Source: Deltaproteobacteria bacterium
GTDB taxonomy: Bacteria > Myxococcota > Kuafuiibacteriia > Kuafuiibacteriales > Kuafuiibacteriaceae
Direction: 5' to 3'
Assembly (NCBI GenBank): GCA_040218735.1
Contig: JAVJQW010000057.1
Span: 128,001 to 192,000, forward strand
Length of the DNA stretch: 64,000 bases
Shown here: in pieces, positions 8,930-18,226 of the stretch
Numbering within the stretch: the first letter of the stretch is position 1
Layout: each line of letters opens with the position of its first letter
Program-made: the position numbers and the translations under genes
Notes under the pieces: model-generated
Database searches by the model: none
Seen by the model: the letters and a program-made list of their open reading frames with translations, nothing else
Told to the model about the DNA's origin: nothing

Positions 8930-11900
8930 TCAGTCCTTCGTCTTGATGCGCGCGGAGCTCGGGTCGCGCTCCAGCTCCAACCCGGCGCGCTCCGCCTCCG
9001 CGATGATCGCCTGACAGCTCCACCGCTCGAGGTAACGCTGCCGGCCCTTGCGCTCGAGCCGGCTCGCGATGCTGTCGAGGTGATCCACGGCGCGGCGCAT
9101 GCGTTTCTTCACGTCCGCTGCGGAGGCCCCCGTCAGCTGCAGCACACGCGCGTCCGCGTAGAGGAGCCACGGCGGCTCGTCACCGTGGACCGCGCCCTCC
9201 TGCGCAAACCTCGCCATCGACGCTGCGCTCGACTTCTTCGCGCGCACGTCGTCGCCGCGGAGCGCGAGCACCACCGCGAGCGCCATCTGCAGCGCGACAG
9301 ACAGCGACGGCTCCTCGGTCGCCGCGCTCCCCAACGCACGCTCCAGGTGCGCCTCGACCGTCGCGAGCCGACGCGAAGTCGCGCGAACCTCTCCGCTCCC
9401 CGCGCGCGAGCGGAGCATCTGCCCCTGCACGAGCGACGAGAGCCGACGCACCGCCCCGAGCTGACGTACGTCCTCTGCGAGATCGTAGATCCCGTCGAGC
9501 CGCTCGAAGGCCTCCTCGTGTCGAAGCTCCTCCGCGAGGAGGCGCGCTTCGTGGACGCGGAGCAAGAGCCTACGCTCGCGATCGAACGCGACCCGCTTGG
9601 CGTCCTGCAGGTACTCGCGAGCGCGTGCGACGTCACCGACGAGGCGCGCGACGTCGGCCAGCCCGACGTTCGTCGTGAAGGTGAGGTCGTGGTCGCGCAT
9701 CGACACCGCGTGGACCAGCGATCCGCGGAAGCGGTTCTCCGCCGTCCGATAGTCGCCGGACGCCACCGCGATGCGCGCGAGACCGAGCGCGACCCGCGCC
9801 AGACCGTTTGCGTCCTCCTTCGGGTCGAGTTTGCTCTGCGCAACCAGATAACTCCGCAGCGCACCGCGCCCGTCGCCCAACGCCTCCGACGCCTCCGCGC
9901 GGGCGAGCTCGGCGGCCGCCAACCCGGACTCGTCGCCCAGCGCTGCGAAGGCCTCCCGCGCGCCGTCGGCCTCGACCACCGCCTCCTCGTAGCGCTTGGA
10001 CAGCCGAGCCAGACGCGTTCGCCTCAGTAGAATCTGGGCCTGCTGCGGGGACGAGGTGGCGAGATCCGACAGCCGGTCGAGCGCCTCCCGCCCCACGTCC
10101 CAGTCGCCGCTCACGATCGACACCTGCTCTTGGATGTCGAGCGCCTGCCGCACGAGGTCGGGCGCTTCGTGGCCTTCGAGGTTCGACAGCGCCGCTTCGA
10201 TCAACACCCGCGCCGACTCCGGATCGCCCAACTCCAGCGCGCGGGTCGCCGCCTGCATGTAGCGGAGCGCGGCGCGATCCGGCTGACCGCTCTGGGCGTA
10301 GTGGCCCGCGAGCACCGCGGAGTCGTGCTCACGCACGGACTCGAGGTACTCGATGACCTTTCGTTCGAACTCACGTCTTCGCGGGCGCTTGAGCCGCGCG
10401 AGCGCGACGCTGCGAATGACGGCGTGCGTGAACTCCATCTCCGTCGCGCCGCGGTAGCGCGACACCTGACGACGTCGAATGAGGTTCGCGAGGATCAGGC
10501 GATCGAAGTCGAGCTGCACCTCGTCGATCGGGCGGTCCAGCGCAGCCGCGACCCCCTCCGACCAGAACACCTCGCCGAACACCGCGGCGGCGGAGAGGAG
10601 GCGCTGCTCGCGGTTGCTCCGACCGAGGATCCGCTCGCTGACCGCGGCGGCGATCGTCTGCGGGAGGTCGCCGTCCGACGAGGTGTCCGAGAACCTCAGC
10701 TCGCCGTCCGCGAGCACCAACAGGCCCTTCGCCTGCGCGGCGTACACGAGCTGCTCCAGGTACAGCGGGTTGCCGCGCGCGCGCTGGACGAACGCCTCCA
10801 GGGCGTCGCTGTCGATCTCTCGGTCGACGACGCTCCGGACGAGCTCCCGCGCCGGGCGGTTCTCGAGCGGGTCGAGCTCGATCACCTCCGCCGTCATCTG
10901 CTCCACGTCGGCGAGCGGCCACTTGGGGCGTTCGTCGGCGTCGATGAAGTGCGGGAGGCTGAACCCGATCAGGCTGAACGGCACCGACGAGGTCGGGCCC
11001 AACATGTCCGCGAAGACGGCGGCGGTCTGGCGATCGAGGAGGTGGACGTCGTCGACGATCACGATCATCCCGTCCGGTGAAGACATCGCGCGGAGCACCA
11101 ACCCGATCGCGCGACGCAGCTGCTCACCGAGCAACCGTGCGTTGCCCTTCGCCGCGATGACCGGCGGGATCTCCGGGTAGTCGATGCCGAGCGCCTCACA
11201 CGTGAACGCCGCGACCGTCGCGCGCTCGGCTTCCGCGTCCTCGAGGAGGGCGTCGGACCGAGGTCGCGACGACTCGAGGTCGCCGCGGTAGAACAACGTC
11301 CGCCCGGCGTCACGCATGCCGATGCGTGGTCCGGCCGCCTCGGAGCCGGTCTCGACGTCGAGCAGCGCCGACAGGTGTTCGGGCGTGGGGACGATCGCGA
11401 GGATCTTGTCGCGCCGGGCGCGGTCGTCGTCGTTCGACTGAATTTGCGCCGCACGAAAGAGGATCTTCCGCACGTACCCGAACGGGGTGTTCTGCATCGC
11501 CTCTTCGGCGCGCCCCGCGAACACCCGCGGAGGTTTGGCGGTTCGCCGCACGAGCCGCGACAGCTCCGTGCGCACACGTGTCTTGCCGATCCCCGCCGGA
11601 CCGATAACCAGCGTGTACGACGGGCGCGCGGTCGTGAGCGGCGTGAGCGCTCGCGAGCGCAAACGCTCGATCTGATCCACGCGACCGAAGATCCGCGCGC
11701 CGGGGATGTGGTCGACGTACGAGAGCGGCTCCGGTCCATCGAGCGCGTCGATCGGTTGGGGCGTGAACGTCGGGTCGGACGCCTCGTACTCCAGCGCGTC
11801 GATGACGCTGAGGGTCTCCTCGCTCCCCGCGTCGAAGGACTGCGCCCCGATCAGCGGCTGCTCGCTGGTGCTGGCGAGGGCCTCCAGCGACATCGTGTCC

Positions 11901-12862
11901 GCGGCGTCGTCTTCTTCGTCGTCGTCCTCGACCGCGTTGGTGTCGGTGACGTCCATCGTCTCCGCGCGGAGCATCGACGCCACGGTGCGCGGAGCGTAGA
12001 CGCGGTCGAGGTCGGCGTCGGCGAGCGCATCGAGGCATCCGAGCGCGAGCTTCTGCACCGTGGAGGCGCCGTCGATGCGCGCGTCCGGGTCGCGCCGCAG
12101 CATCGCGTCGACGAGATCCTGCACCGGCTTCGGCGTATCCGGGCAGGCCACGGCGAGCGGCATCGCGTCGTCGATCAGGATGCGCGCGAGCCGAGCGAGA
12201 TCCGAGCCGCTGGTCCACGGGAGCTTCCCGGCGATCAGCTCGAACGCGAGCACCCCCAGGCTGTAGACGTCGGCGCGACCGTCGACCGTCTTCGCCGCGT
12301 TTGCCTGCTCGGGCGCCATGTAACTCGGCGTCCCCAGGATGGCGCCCGCGCGGGTGAGCTGCGCGATCGACTCCGCGACCTTCGCGACGCCGAAGTCGAG
12401 CACGCGGCTGTCCGGTTTGGCGCCGACCTCCGGGGAGAGCAGGTAGACGTTCGCGGGTTTGATGTCGCGGTGGATGATGCCCTGCGCGTGCGCCGTCGCG
12501 AGCGCGTCCGCGACCTGCTGCACGATCTCGAGCGACTGCCTCAGCGTGAGCGGCGCACGCAGGATGAAGTCGGCGAGGTCCTCCCCCTGAAGCCACTCGA
12601 GGACGAGGAACATCCGCGCCTCGCCGAGCTGGCCCGCGTCGTGGCACCCGACGATGTGCGGGTGCGACAGCGCGGTGAGGATCTCCATCTCCCGCTCGAT
12701 GCGGCGACGCAGCGCCTCCTCGGCGCCGTGCACGTTGATGATCTTGACCGCGACGGTGCGGCCGACCTCCAGGTCACGGCCGCGATAGACGACGCTGATG
12801 CCGCCCGTGCGGACGACGCCCTCGAGCTCGTACCGCCCCGCGATGGTCTCCTTCGGGCGCAA
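8930..12862 (-). CDS. Ser/Thr kinase - AAA/STAND ATPase - TPR protein
   Basis: VAVK, HRDIKPAN, DFG, GTPSYMAPE; Walker A GPAGIGKT, Walker B IIVDD, GNPLYLEQ, FTHAVIR, TPR-like C-terminus; TTG start inferred from an upstream TAGCAT box. Confidence 0.9.
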   Translation of the reverse strand: MRPKETIAGRYELEGVVRTGGISVVYRGRDLEVGRTVAVKIINVHGAEEALRRRIEREMEILTALSHPHIVGCHDAGQLGEARMFLVLEWLQGEDLADFILRAPLTLRQSLEIVQQVADALATAHAQGIIHRDIKPANVYLLSPEVGAKPDSRVLDFGVAKVAESIAQLTRAGAILGTPSYMAPEQANAAKTVDGRADVYSLGVLAFELIAGKLPWTSGSDLARLARILIDDAMPLAVACPDTPKPVQDLVDAMLRRDPDARIDGASTVQKLALGCLDALADADLDRVYAPRTVASMLRAETMDVTDTNAVEDDDEEDDAADTMSLEALASTSEQPLIGAQSFDAGSEETLSVIDALEYEASDPTFTPQPIDALDGPEPLSYVDHIPGARIFGRVDQIERLRSRALTPLTTARPSYTLVIGPAGIGKTRVRTELSRLVRRTAKPPRVFAGRAEEAMQNTPFGYVRKILFRAAQIQSNDDDRARRDKILAIVPTPEHLSALLDVETGSEAAGPRIGMRDAGRTLFYRGDLESSRPRSDALLEDAEAERATVAAFTCEALGIDYPEIPPVIAAKGNARLLGEQLRRAIGLVLRAMSSPDGMIVIVDDVHLLDRQTAAVFADMLGPTSSVPFSLIGFSLPHFIDADERPKWPLADVEQMTAEVIELDPLENRPARELVRSVVDREIDSDALEAFVQRARGNPLYLEQLVYAAQAKGLLVLADGELRFSDTSSDGDLPQTIAAAVSERILGRSNREQRLLSAAAVFGEVFWSEGVAAALDRPIDEVQLDFDRLILANLIRRRQVSRYRGATEMEFTHAVIRSVALARLKRPRRREFERKVIEYLESVREHDSAVLAGHYAQSGQPDRAALRYMQAATRALELGDPESARVLIEAALSNLEGHEAPDLVRQALDIQEQVSIVSGDWDVGREALDRLSDLATSSPQQAQILLRRTRLARLSKRYEEAVVEADGAREAFAALGDESGLAAAELARAEASEALGDGRGALRSYLVAQSKLDPKEDANGLARVALGLARIAVASGDYRTAENRFRGSLVHAVSMRDHDLTFTTNVGLADVARLVGDVARAREYLQDAKRVAFDRERRLLLRVHEARLLAEELRHEEAFERLDGIYDLAEDVRQLGAVRRLSSLVQGQMLRSRAGSGEVRATSRRLATVEAHLERALGSAATEEPSLSVALQMALAVVLALRGDDVRAKKSSAASMARFAQEGAVHGDEPPWLLYADARVLQLTGASAADVKKRMRRAVDHLDSIASRLERKGRQRYLERWSCQAIIAEAERAGLELERDPSSARIKTKD

Positions 12863-12956
12863 CCTTTCGGATGCTAGTGAAAAACCGAACGCGCCACAAA
12901 GGCGGCGCCCGCCGTCCTTGCCGTGGCCGACCCGAGCCGCTAACGCGGGGTCGTAG

Positions 12957-14297
12957 ATGTCCGAAGACGCCCTGCCCCCGGAAGGCGCACCGCCGCCCAT
13001 CCCCCCGGCCGAGCTCCCCGAGGAGGAGCTGCGGCGCCTCGTCGACGAAGGGCGTATCGCGGAGATCGAACGTGTCCTCCGCGAGCAGAACGTCCGCCTC
13101 CCGCAGGTCCTCGACCAACTCGAACGCGTCCTCGCCGAGGACCTCGGCAACCTCGCGACCGCGATGGTGTCGATGTTGATCGGCCGCTTCCACGTGGCGC
13201 GCGCGAGTCAGCTCGCGGAGCGTGTGTTGTCGCGGGCCGACACCGCCGGAGCGGACGCGCTCGCGGATCTCGCGGCGGCGCTGATGCAGCAGGAGCGCCT
13301 CATCACCGCGCGCAAGGTGGTGGACGCCGCGCTCGAACGCGACCCCCGCCACGACCGAGCGTTGTACCTGTCGGCGCGTATCTTCGCGCGACGCGGTCGG
13401 CTCGACGACGCCTTCACGTCCATCGCGAAGGTGAACCCGAAGGTGCTCGAAGCCCACGGCCTCTTGCACCAAGCGCGCTACGCCCTGCTCACAGGTCGCG
13501 ACAAGGCGTACGCGTCCGCGCTGTCGCTCGCGAAGAAGGCGGGCAAGAACGACGACACCTTCGACCCGTCCGGCGTGGAGGCGCTCGCGAAGCGCCTGCA
13601 GATCGCGTCGGTGGATCCCACGCAGCCGATGACGCTCCGAACGTCGATGGCGCTCGAGTACGGGAGCGCCCTCGTCGAGGTCGAGCGCTCCGGCGTGGAC
13701 GGCGGGCGCTTCGACATGGAGCCGATGGCCTACGCGGACCTCGGGCCGCTGGTGCGCCGAATGGTCTCGACGATCCGCGCGATGGGCGCGCCGCTGACGA
13801 TGTTCTACCACGCGACGGAGGACGGCGAGATCGTCGCTGCGGCGATGAGCCAGATCGCCGAGGTCCCGTACCGCGAGTGGGCGAGCACCCGCGACGTCGA
13901 GGACGGCGCGTGGCTCGTGATGGGCTCGGCGAGCACACACCCGCACCTCGACAACAAGTCGGTGCGCTGGCTCGGCGAAGCGTTGAGCGGCGGGATGCTG
14001 CGGACGGCGGCGCTGATCATGCCCTGCGGTTGGCGCGGTCCGATCGTCCCCGACGTCATCGGCCGCATCACCGGCGACGACGAGCTGCCGTGGGCGATCG
14101 ACGACGAAGTCGAGGACACCGTCGAGCTCATCTTCGAGCCGGACGACGACGCACGCGAGGACGCGGCGCAGGACGACGAGGTCCTCGAGCGACACCTCGA
14201 ACGGTTCGGCGGGATCTTCCGCGCCACGCAACCCGAGCCGCGCGACGGGCACGTGCCCTTCCACGACGAGACGCCGGTCGCCCGCCGCGACGTGTAA
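12957..14297 (+). CDS. TPR-containing hypothetical protein
   Basis: N-terminal TPR-like helices (ALERDPRHDRALY), followed by an alpha/beta C-terminal domain. Confidence 0.75.
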   Translation: MSEDALPPEGAPPPIPPAELPEEELRRLVDEGRIAEIERVLREQNVRLPQVLDQLERVLAEDLGNLATAMVSMLIGRFHVARASQLAERVLSRADTAGADALADLAAALMQQERLITARKVVDAALERDPRHDRALYLSARIFARRGRLDDAFTSIAKVNPKVLEAHGLLHQARYALLTGRDKAYASALSLAKKAGKNDDTFDPSGVEALAKRLQIASVDPTQPMTLRTSMALEYGSALVEVERSGVDGGRFDMEPMAYADLGPLVRRMVSTIRAMGAPLTMFYHATEDGEIVAAAMSQIAEVPYREWASTRDVEDGAWLVMGSASTHPHLDNKSVRWLGEALSGGMLRTAALIMPCGWRGPIVPDVIGRITGDDELPWAIDDEVEDTVELIFEPDDDAREDAAQDDEVLERHLERFGGIFRATQPEPRDGHVPFHDETPVARRDV

Positions 14298-14302
14298 TCG
14301 AC

Positions 14303-15619
14303 TTACTCGACGGCGACTTCGCCGAGCAGCTCCACGCGCCACCCGACGGCGAGCGTCACGGCGGCGTAGCCGGTCGCGTCGCCTCGGTCGCCGCCTTCGT
14401 TGCGCACGACGTCCGAGGAGATGACGCCGGTGAGCACGCGGAGCTCGGCGAAGGGGCGGCCACCGCGATCGCCGAGCGCACCGCCGACGCGGAACGCGCC
14501 GAGCGCGCCGAAGACCGCGGCGCTCTCGCGGCGGTCGATGTCGTCGACGGTGAACACACCGTAGAGCCCGCTCGCCCCCGCGCTCGCGTAGGCCTCGAAG
14601 CGCCCGGGGACGGTGTAGAGGACACGGCGAAGATCGAGGCCGGCGAAGGAGGTCGTCTGAGTCATCTGGACGACGGCGACCGGTGCCGCGCCCGCGCGCG
14701 CGACGACGTCCTGGGCGCCGTAAGCCAGATCGAAGGCGAGCCCGAGCGACCAGTTGCGCGCGTCGAGGCCGGGGACGGCGACGCGCGCGTCGACGCCGAC
14801 GATCGCCGTCGGCGAGCGCGCGAAGCGATTGAAGAGCGCTCCACCGCGCAGCTCGAACGCAAATCGCGGCGCGGTCACGGTGAGCGCGCTGCGCTCCGTG
14901 CGCACCGAGACGGGCGGCGCGAAGTCCGCGGGTTCCTCGTCGATCGCGGGCCCCTGGCGAAGCGTCGGTTCGACCTCGCCACCGACCTCCTCCGGCTCGT
15001 CCCACTCCTCCGCGACGCGCGCCTTCTTCGCGGCGTCCGGCTCGGCGACGAGCTCACCCTCCTCGCCGGCGATGCGTCCGACGTTCTCGACCGACTCGGA
15101 GCCCGTACGCGGAACGACCAGCCCACCGCGCGTCTCGAGGGGCGGCGCGAAGCGCGCGTTGATCAACAGGTCCGCGCCCGCGGAGTGGCGCACCGTCACG
15201 CGCTGCGGACCGTCGTCGAGGTTCACGAGGAACAGCTTCGCTTCGGAGGGGCGCTGGCCGCGCGGCTGGTCGGCGACCTGTGCGGCTTCGTCGACGTTCG
15301 GCTTCACGCGCGCGGTGGTCACGATGCGATCGGCGTCGCGGGTCCCGTCGGCCGGGCCGACCAACACGACGGCGACGCTGTCGACGTCGGTCTCACCTTC
15401 GACGATCGATCGAATCTGGATCAGGACGCGCCCGGGGCCCGCGACCGTGAACGCGGCGGGCTCCGAAGGACGCACGATGCGGTAGGCCTTCCACGCTTGG
15501 CCCTCCTCCGTGGAGGTCACGAAGACCAGGGTGTTTCGACTGACCGCGGTCAGATCGGCCAAGGCGTCCGAGGCCAAGAACGTGAGGAGGGCGCAGACCA
15601 GGGTCGAAGTCGCGCGCAC
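14303..15619 (-). CDS. Secreted protein with C-terminal outer-membrane beta-barrel
   Basis: Signal peptide ending ALA-D; beta-rich N-domain; acidic linker; amphipathic strands ending LAVGWRV; start GTG 15619 or ATG 15628. Confidence 0.7.
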   Translation of the reverse strand: MRATSTLVCALLTFLASDALADLTAVSRNTLVFVTSTEEGQAWKAYRIVRPSEPAAFTVAGPGRVLIQIRSIVEGETDVDSVAVVLVGPADGTRDADRIVTTARVKPNVDEAAQVADQPRGQRPSEAKLFLVNLDDGPQRVTVRHSAGADLLINARFAPPLETRGGLVVPRTGSESVENVGRIAGEEGELVAEPDAAKKARVAEEWDEPEEVGGEVEPTLRQGPAIDEEPADFAPPVSVRTERSALTVTAPRFAFELRGGALFNRFARSPTAIVGVDARVAVPGLDARNWSLGLAFDLAYGAQDVVARAGAAPVAVVQMTQTTSFAGLDLRRVLYTVPGRFEAYASAGASGLYGVFTVDDIDRRESAAVFGALGAFRVGGALGDRGGRPFAELRVLTGVISSDVVRNEGGDRGDATGYAAVTLAVGWRVELLGEVAVE

Positions 15620-15731
15620 CCCTGCCATTCTAAGGGGGCAACCCGTGCTCCAGCAATCGTAGGGCGCTTCGTTGTCCTTGACTCGATCCCGGACGCCTTC
15701 GAGACTGCCGCTCACCGTGGAACCTCCGAAC

Positions 15732-17015
15732 ATGGAGGCCTGTATCGGGCGTGCGCACCCGAAGCTCGAAGAGCTTCGCAAGCTCGCCCATGACAAGAAG
15801 TCGCTCCTCGCGCAGACCCACGACTACCCCGACCCCGACACCATCGCTTCCGCGCTCGGCCTCGGTTGGCTGCTCGGCGAGCTGGAGGGGATCGAGACGA
15901 CCATCGGCTACGGCGGCATCATCGGACGCGCCGAGAACAAGGCGATGATCAAGGTGCTCGGGATTCGGATGCGGCGGACTTCGCGCTCGGACTTCAAGAA
16001 GTACGACCTCGTCGCGTTGCTCGACACGCAGCCGGAGGTCGGCAACCACTGCGTCCCGAACGAGTTCACGCCGGACATCGTGTTCGACCACCACTTCCCG
16101 CGCGACCTCGAAGGGCCGGAGCCGGAGTTCTTCGACGTCGGCGGTAAGTACGGCGCGACATCCACGAAGGTCACCGAGCTGATCATGGCGTCGGGGCTGA
16201 CCCCGCCGACGGACGTCGCAACCGCCCTGTTCTACGGCGTGAAGTCCGACACCATGAACCTCGCGCGCGACGCGTCCGAGGCCGACGTCACCGCCTACCT
16301 CTATCTGTTCCCGCTCGCCGACAACATCCTGCTGTCCGAGATCGAGAATCCGCAGGTCCCGCTCGACTACTTCAAGGTCTTCAACAAGGCGATCATGCGC
16401 GGGAAGATCTACGGGAACATGATCGTGTCGGACCTCGGAGAGGTCTACACGCCGGACCTCTGCGCCGAGGTCGCGGACCGGCTCCTCGCCGTCGAAGGCG
16501 TCCGCCACGCGCTCGCGGTGGGCTGGTACGAAGAAGCGCTGTTCCTGTCGCTGAGGACCCGATCCCGCAACAAAAACGCGGGCAAGATCCTCCACGGGAT
16601 CGTCACGAACGCCAACGTCGGCACCGCCGGCGGCCACGGCCCGATGGCCGGGGCCCGCATCCCGGTCGAGGGCCGCTCGCAGCGCGCGCGCGCCGACCTG
16701 CGCCGCAAGATCGTCAACGCGGTGGTCCAGGCCTTCGGGCAGGACTACCGGCGCTTCCAGCGCATCGTCTCCAAGAAGGACCAGGAGACGACGATCGTCC
16801 CGCCGCCGCCGAAGGTCCCGCCCGAGGAGGCCAAGAAGGCCAAGGAAGACTCGCAGCGACCGGCACCCTCCAAGTCGAAGGACGCCAAGAACGGCAAGGC
16901 CTCCTCTAAGAACGGGAAGACCAAGGCGAGCAAGAAGAACGGCGAAGCCAAGGCGAAGAACGGCAAGGGCGCGCGGTCGAAGGACGAAGGCGCCGCCGAG
17001 AAGAACGCCTCGTGA
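15732..17015 (+). CDS. DHH/DHHA1 phosphoesterase (NrnA-like) with Lys-rich tail
   Basis: HDYPDPD, LLD, DHH, GVKSDT, AGGHGPMAG motifs; start uncertain. Confidence 0.9.
   Translation: MEACIGRAHPKLEELRKLAHDKKSLLAQTHDYPDPDTIASALGLGWLLGELEGIETTIGYGGIIGRAENKAMIKVLGIRMRRTSRSDFKKYDLVALLDTQPEVGNHCVPNEFTPDIVFDHHFPRDLEGPEPEFFDVGGKYGATSTKVTELIMASGLTPPTDVATALFYGVKSDTMNLARDASEADVTAYLYLFPLADNILLSEIENPQVPLDYFKVFNKAIMRGKIYGNMIVSDLGEVYTPDLCAEVADRLLAVEGVRHALAVGWYEEALFLSLRTRSRNKNAGKILHGIVTNANVGTAGGHGPMAGARIPVEGRSQRARADLRRKIVNAVVQAFGQDYRRFQRIVSKKDQETTIVPPPPKVPPEEAKKAKEDSQRPAPSKSKDAKNGKASSKNGKTKASKKNGEAKAKNGKGARSKDEGAAEKNAS
16830..17010 (+). repeat. Low-complexity KNGK/KNGE repeats (coding)
   Basis: AAGAACGG recurs four times, encoding ..KNGK..KNGK..KNGE..KNGK. 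Confidence 0.7.
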
Positions 17016-18157
17016 GCGGCGCGCGCATCTACCTCGACTACAACGCCACGACCCCCGTCCGGCCCGAGGTCCGCGACGCGGTATCGCCGCTGCTGTTCGG
17101 TGACGTCAGCGACGGCGCGTGGGGCAACGCGTCGAGCGTGCACTGGGCCGGGCAGTCCGCCCGCAAGGCCCTCGAAGGCGCCCGCGCGCAGATCGCGGCG
17201 CGGTTCGAGCGCAAGCCGAGCGAGGTCTTGTTCACCAGCGGCGGCTCGGAGGCCGACAACCTCGCGCTGTTCGGCGTGTTCGATCACCCGAGGTTCGACG
17301 GCGGCCACCTCGTGATCTCCTCCGTCGAGCACCCCGCGGTGCGCGCGGCGGCGTCCCGGCTCGAGGCGCGCGGCGTCCGGGTCGTGACCGTCGGCGTCGA
17401 TGGGCAGGGGCGCCTCGACCTCGATGAGCTCACGCGCGCCGCGAAGGGCGCGGCGCTCGTCTCGGTGATGGCAGTGAACAACGAGACCGGCGTCGTGCTC
17501 CCGACCGAAGAGATCGTCGCGATCGCGCACGCGGCCGGCGCGCTCGTTCACGTGGACGCGGTGCAGGCGGCCGGCAAGGTCGCCCTCCCCGTCTCGGCGG
17601 ATCTCGTCTCGCTGTCCGCGCACAAACTCGGCGGGCTCAAGGGGATCGGCGCGTTGGTGGTACGGGAGTCGATCCCGCTGCAGCCGGCGATCGTCGGCGG
17701 GCCCCAGGAGCGCGGCAAACGCGCGGGCACCGAGCACGTCGCGGCGGCGGTCTCCTTGGCGACGGCGATCGAGGTCGCGGAGGCGACCCGCGAAGCCGAG
17801 ATGACGCGGCTCGCGGCGCTGCGGGATCGGATCGACGCCACGGTGTCCGCGATCTCGGGGGCGCGCGTCCTCGGCGCGGAGGCCCCACGGGTCGGGAACA
17901 CCACGACGGTGGTGTTCGAGGACGTGGACGGCGAAGCGATCCTGCAAGGGCTCGACCTGGAGGGGATCGCCACCTCCAGCGGCAGCGCGTGCTCCAGCGG
18001 GTCGCTCGAGCCGTCCCACGTGTTGGTCGCGATGGGCGTTCCCGCGCGGGTCGCGTTGTCGAGCGTGCGGTTTTCGCTGGGGTTTTTCACCACGGAGGCG
18101 GAGATCGACGCCGTCCTCGCGGTACTGCCTCAGATTGTGATGCGCGCGCGCACGTGA
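17012..18157 (+). CDS. iscS: Cysteine desulfurase (IscS/NifS type)
   Basis: IYLDYNATTP, GNASS.H, FTSGGSEADN, NNETG, HVDAVQ, SAHK, SSGSACSS. Confidence 0.92.
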   Translation: MSGARIYLDYNATTPVRPEVRDAVSPLLFGDVSDGAWGNASSVHWAGQSARKALEGARAQIAARFERKPSEVLFTSGGSEADNLALFGVFDHPRFDGGHLVISSVEHPAVRAAASRLEARGVRVVTVGVDGQGRLDLDELTRAAKGAALVSVMAVNNETGVVLPTEEIVAIAHAAGALVHVDAVQAAGKVALPVSADLVSLSAHKLGGLKGIGALVVRESIPLQPAIVGGPQERGKRAGTEHVAAAVSLATAIEVAEATREAEMTRLAALRDRIDATVSAISGARVLGAEAPRVGNTTTVVFEDVDGEAILQGLDLEGIATSSGSACSSGSLEPSHVLVAMGVPARVALSSVRFSLGFFTTEAEIDAVLAVLPQIVMRART

Positions 18158-18226
18158 CGTTCGAACCGGACCGACCGATTGCTCTTGGCCGCAGGACTCG
18201 TTCCAATACGGAGAGACTTTCATTCC

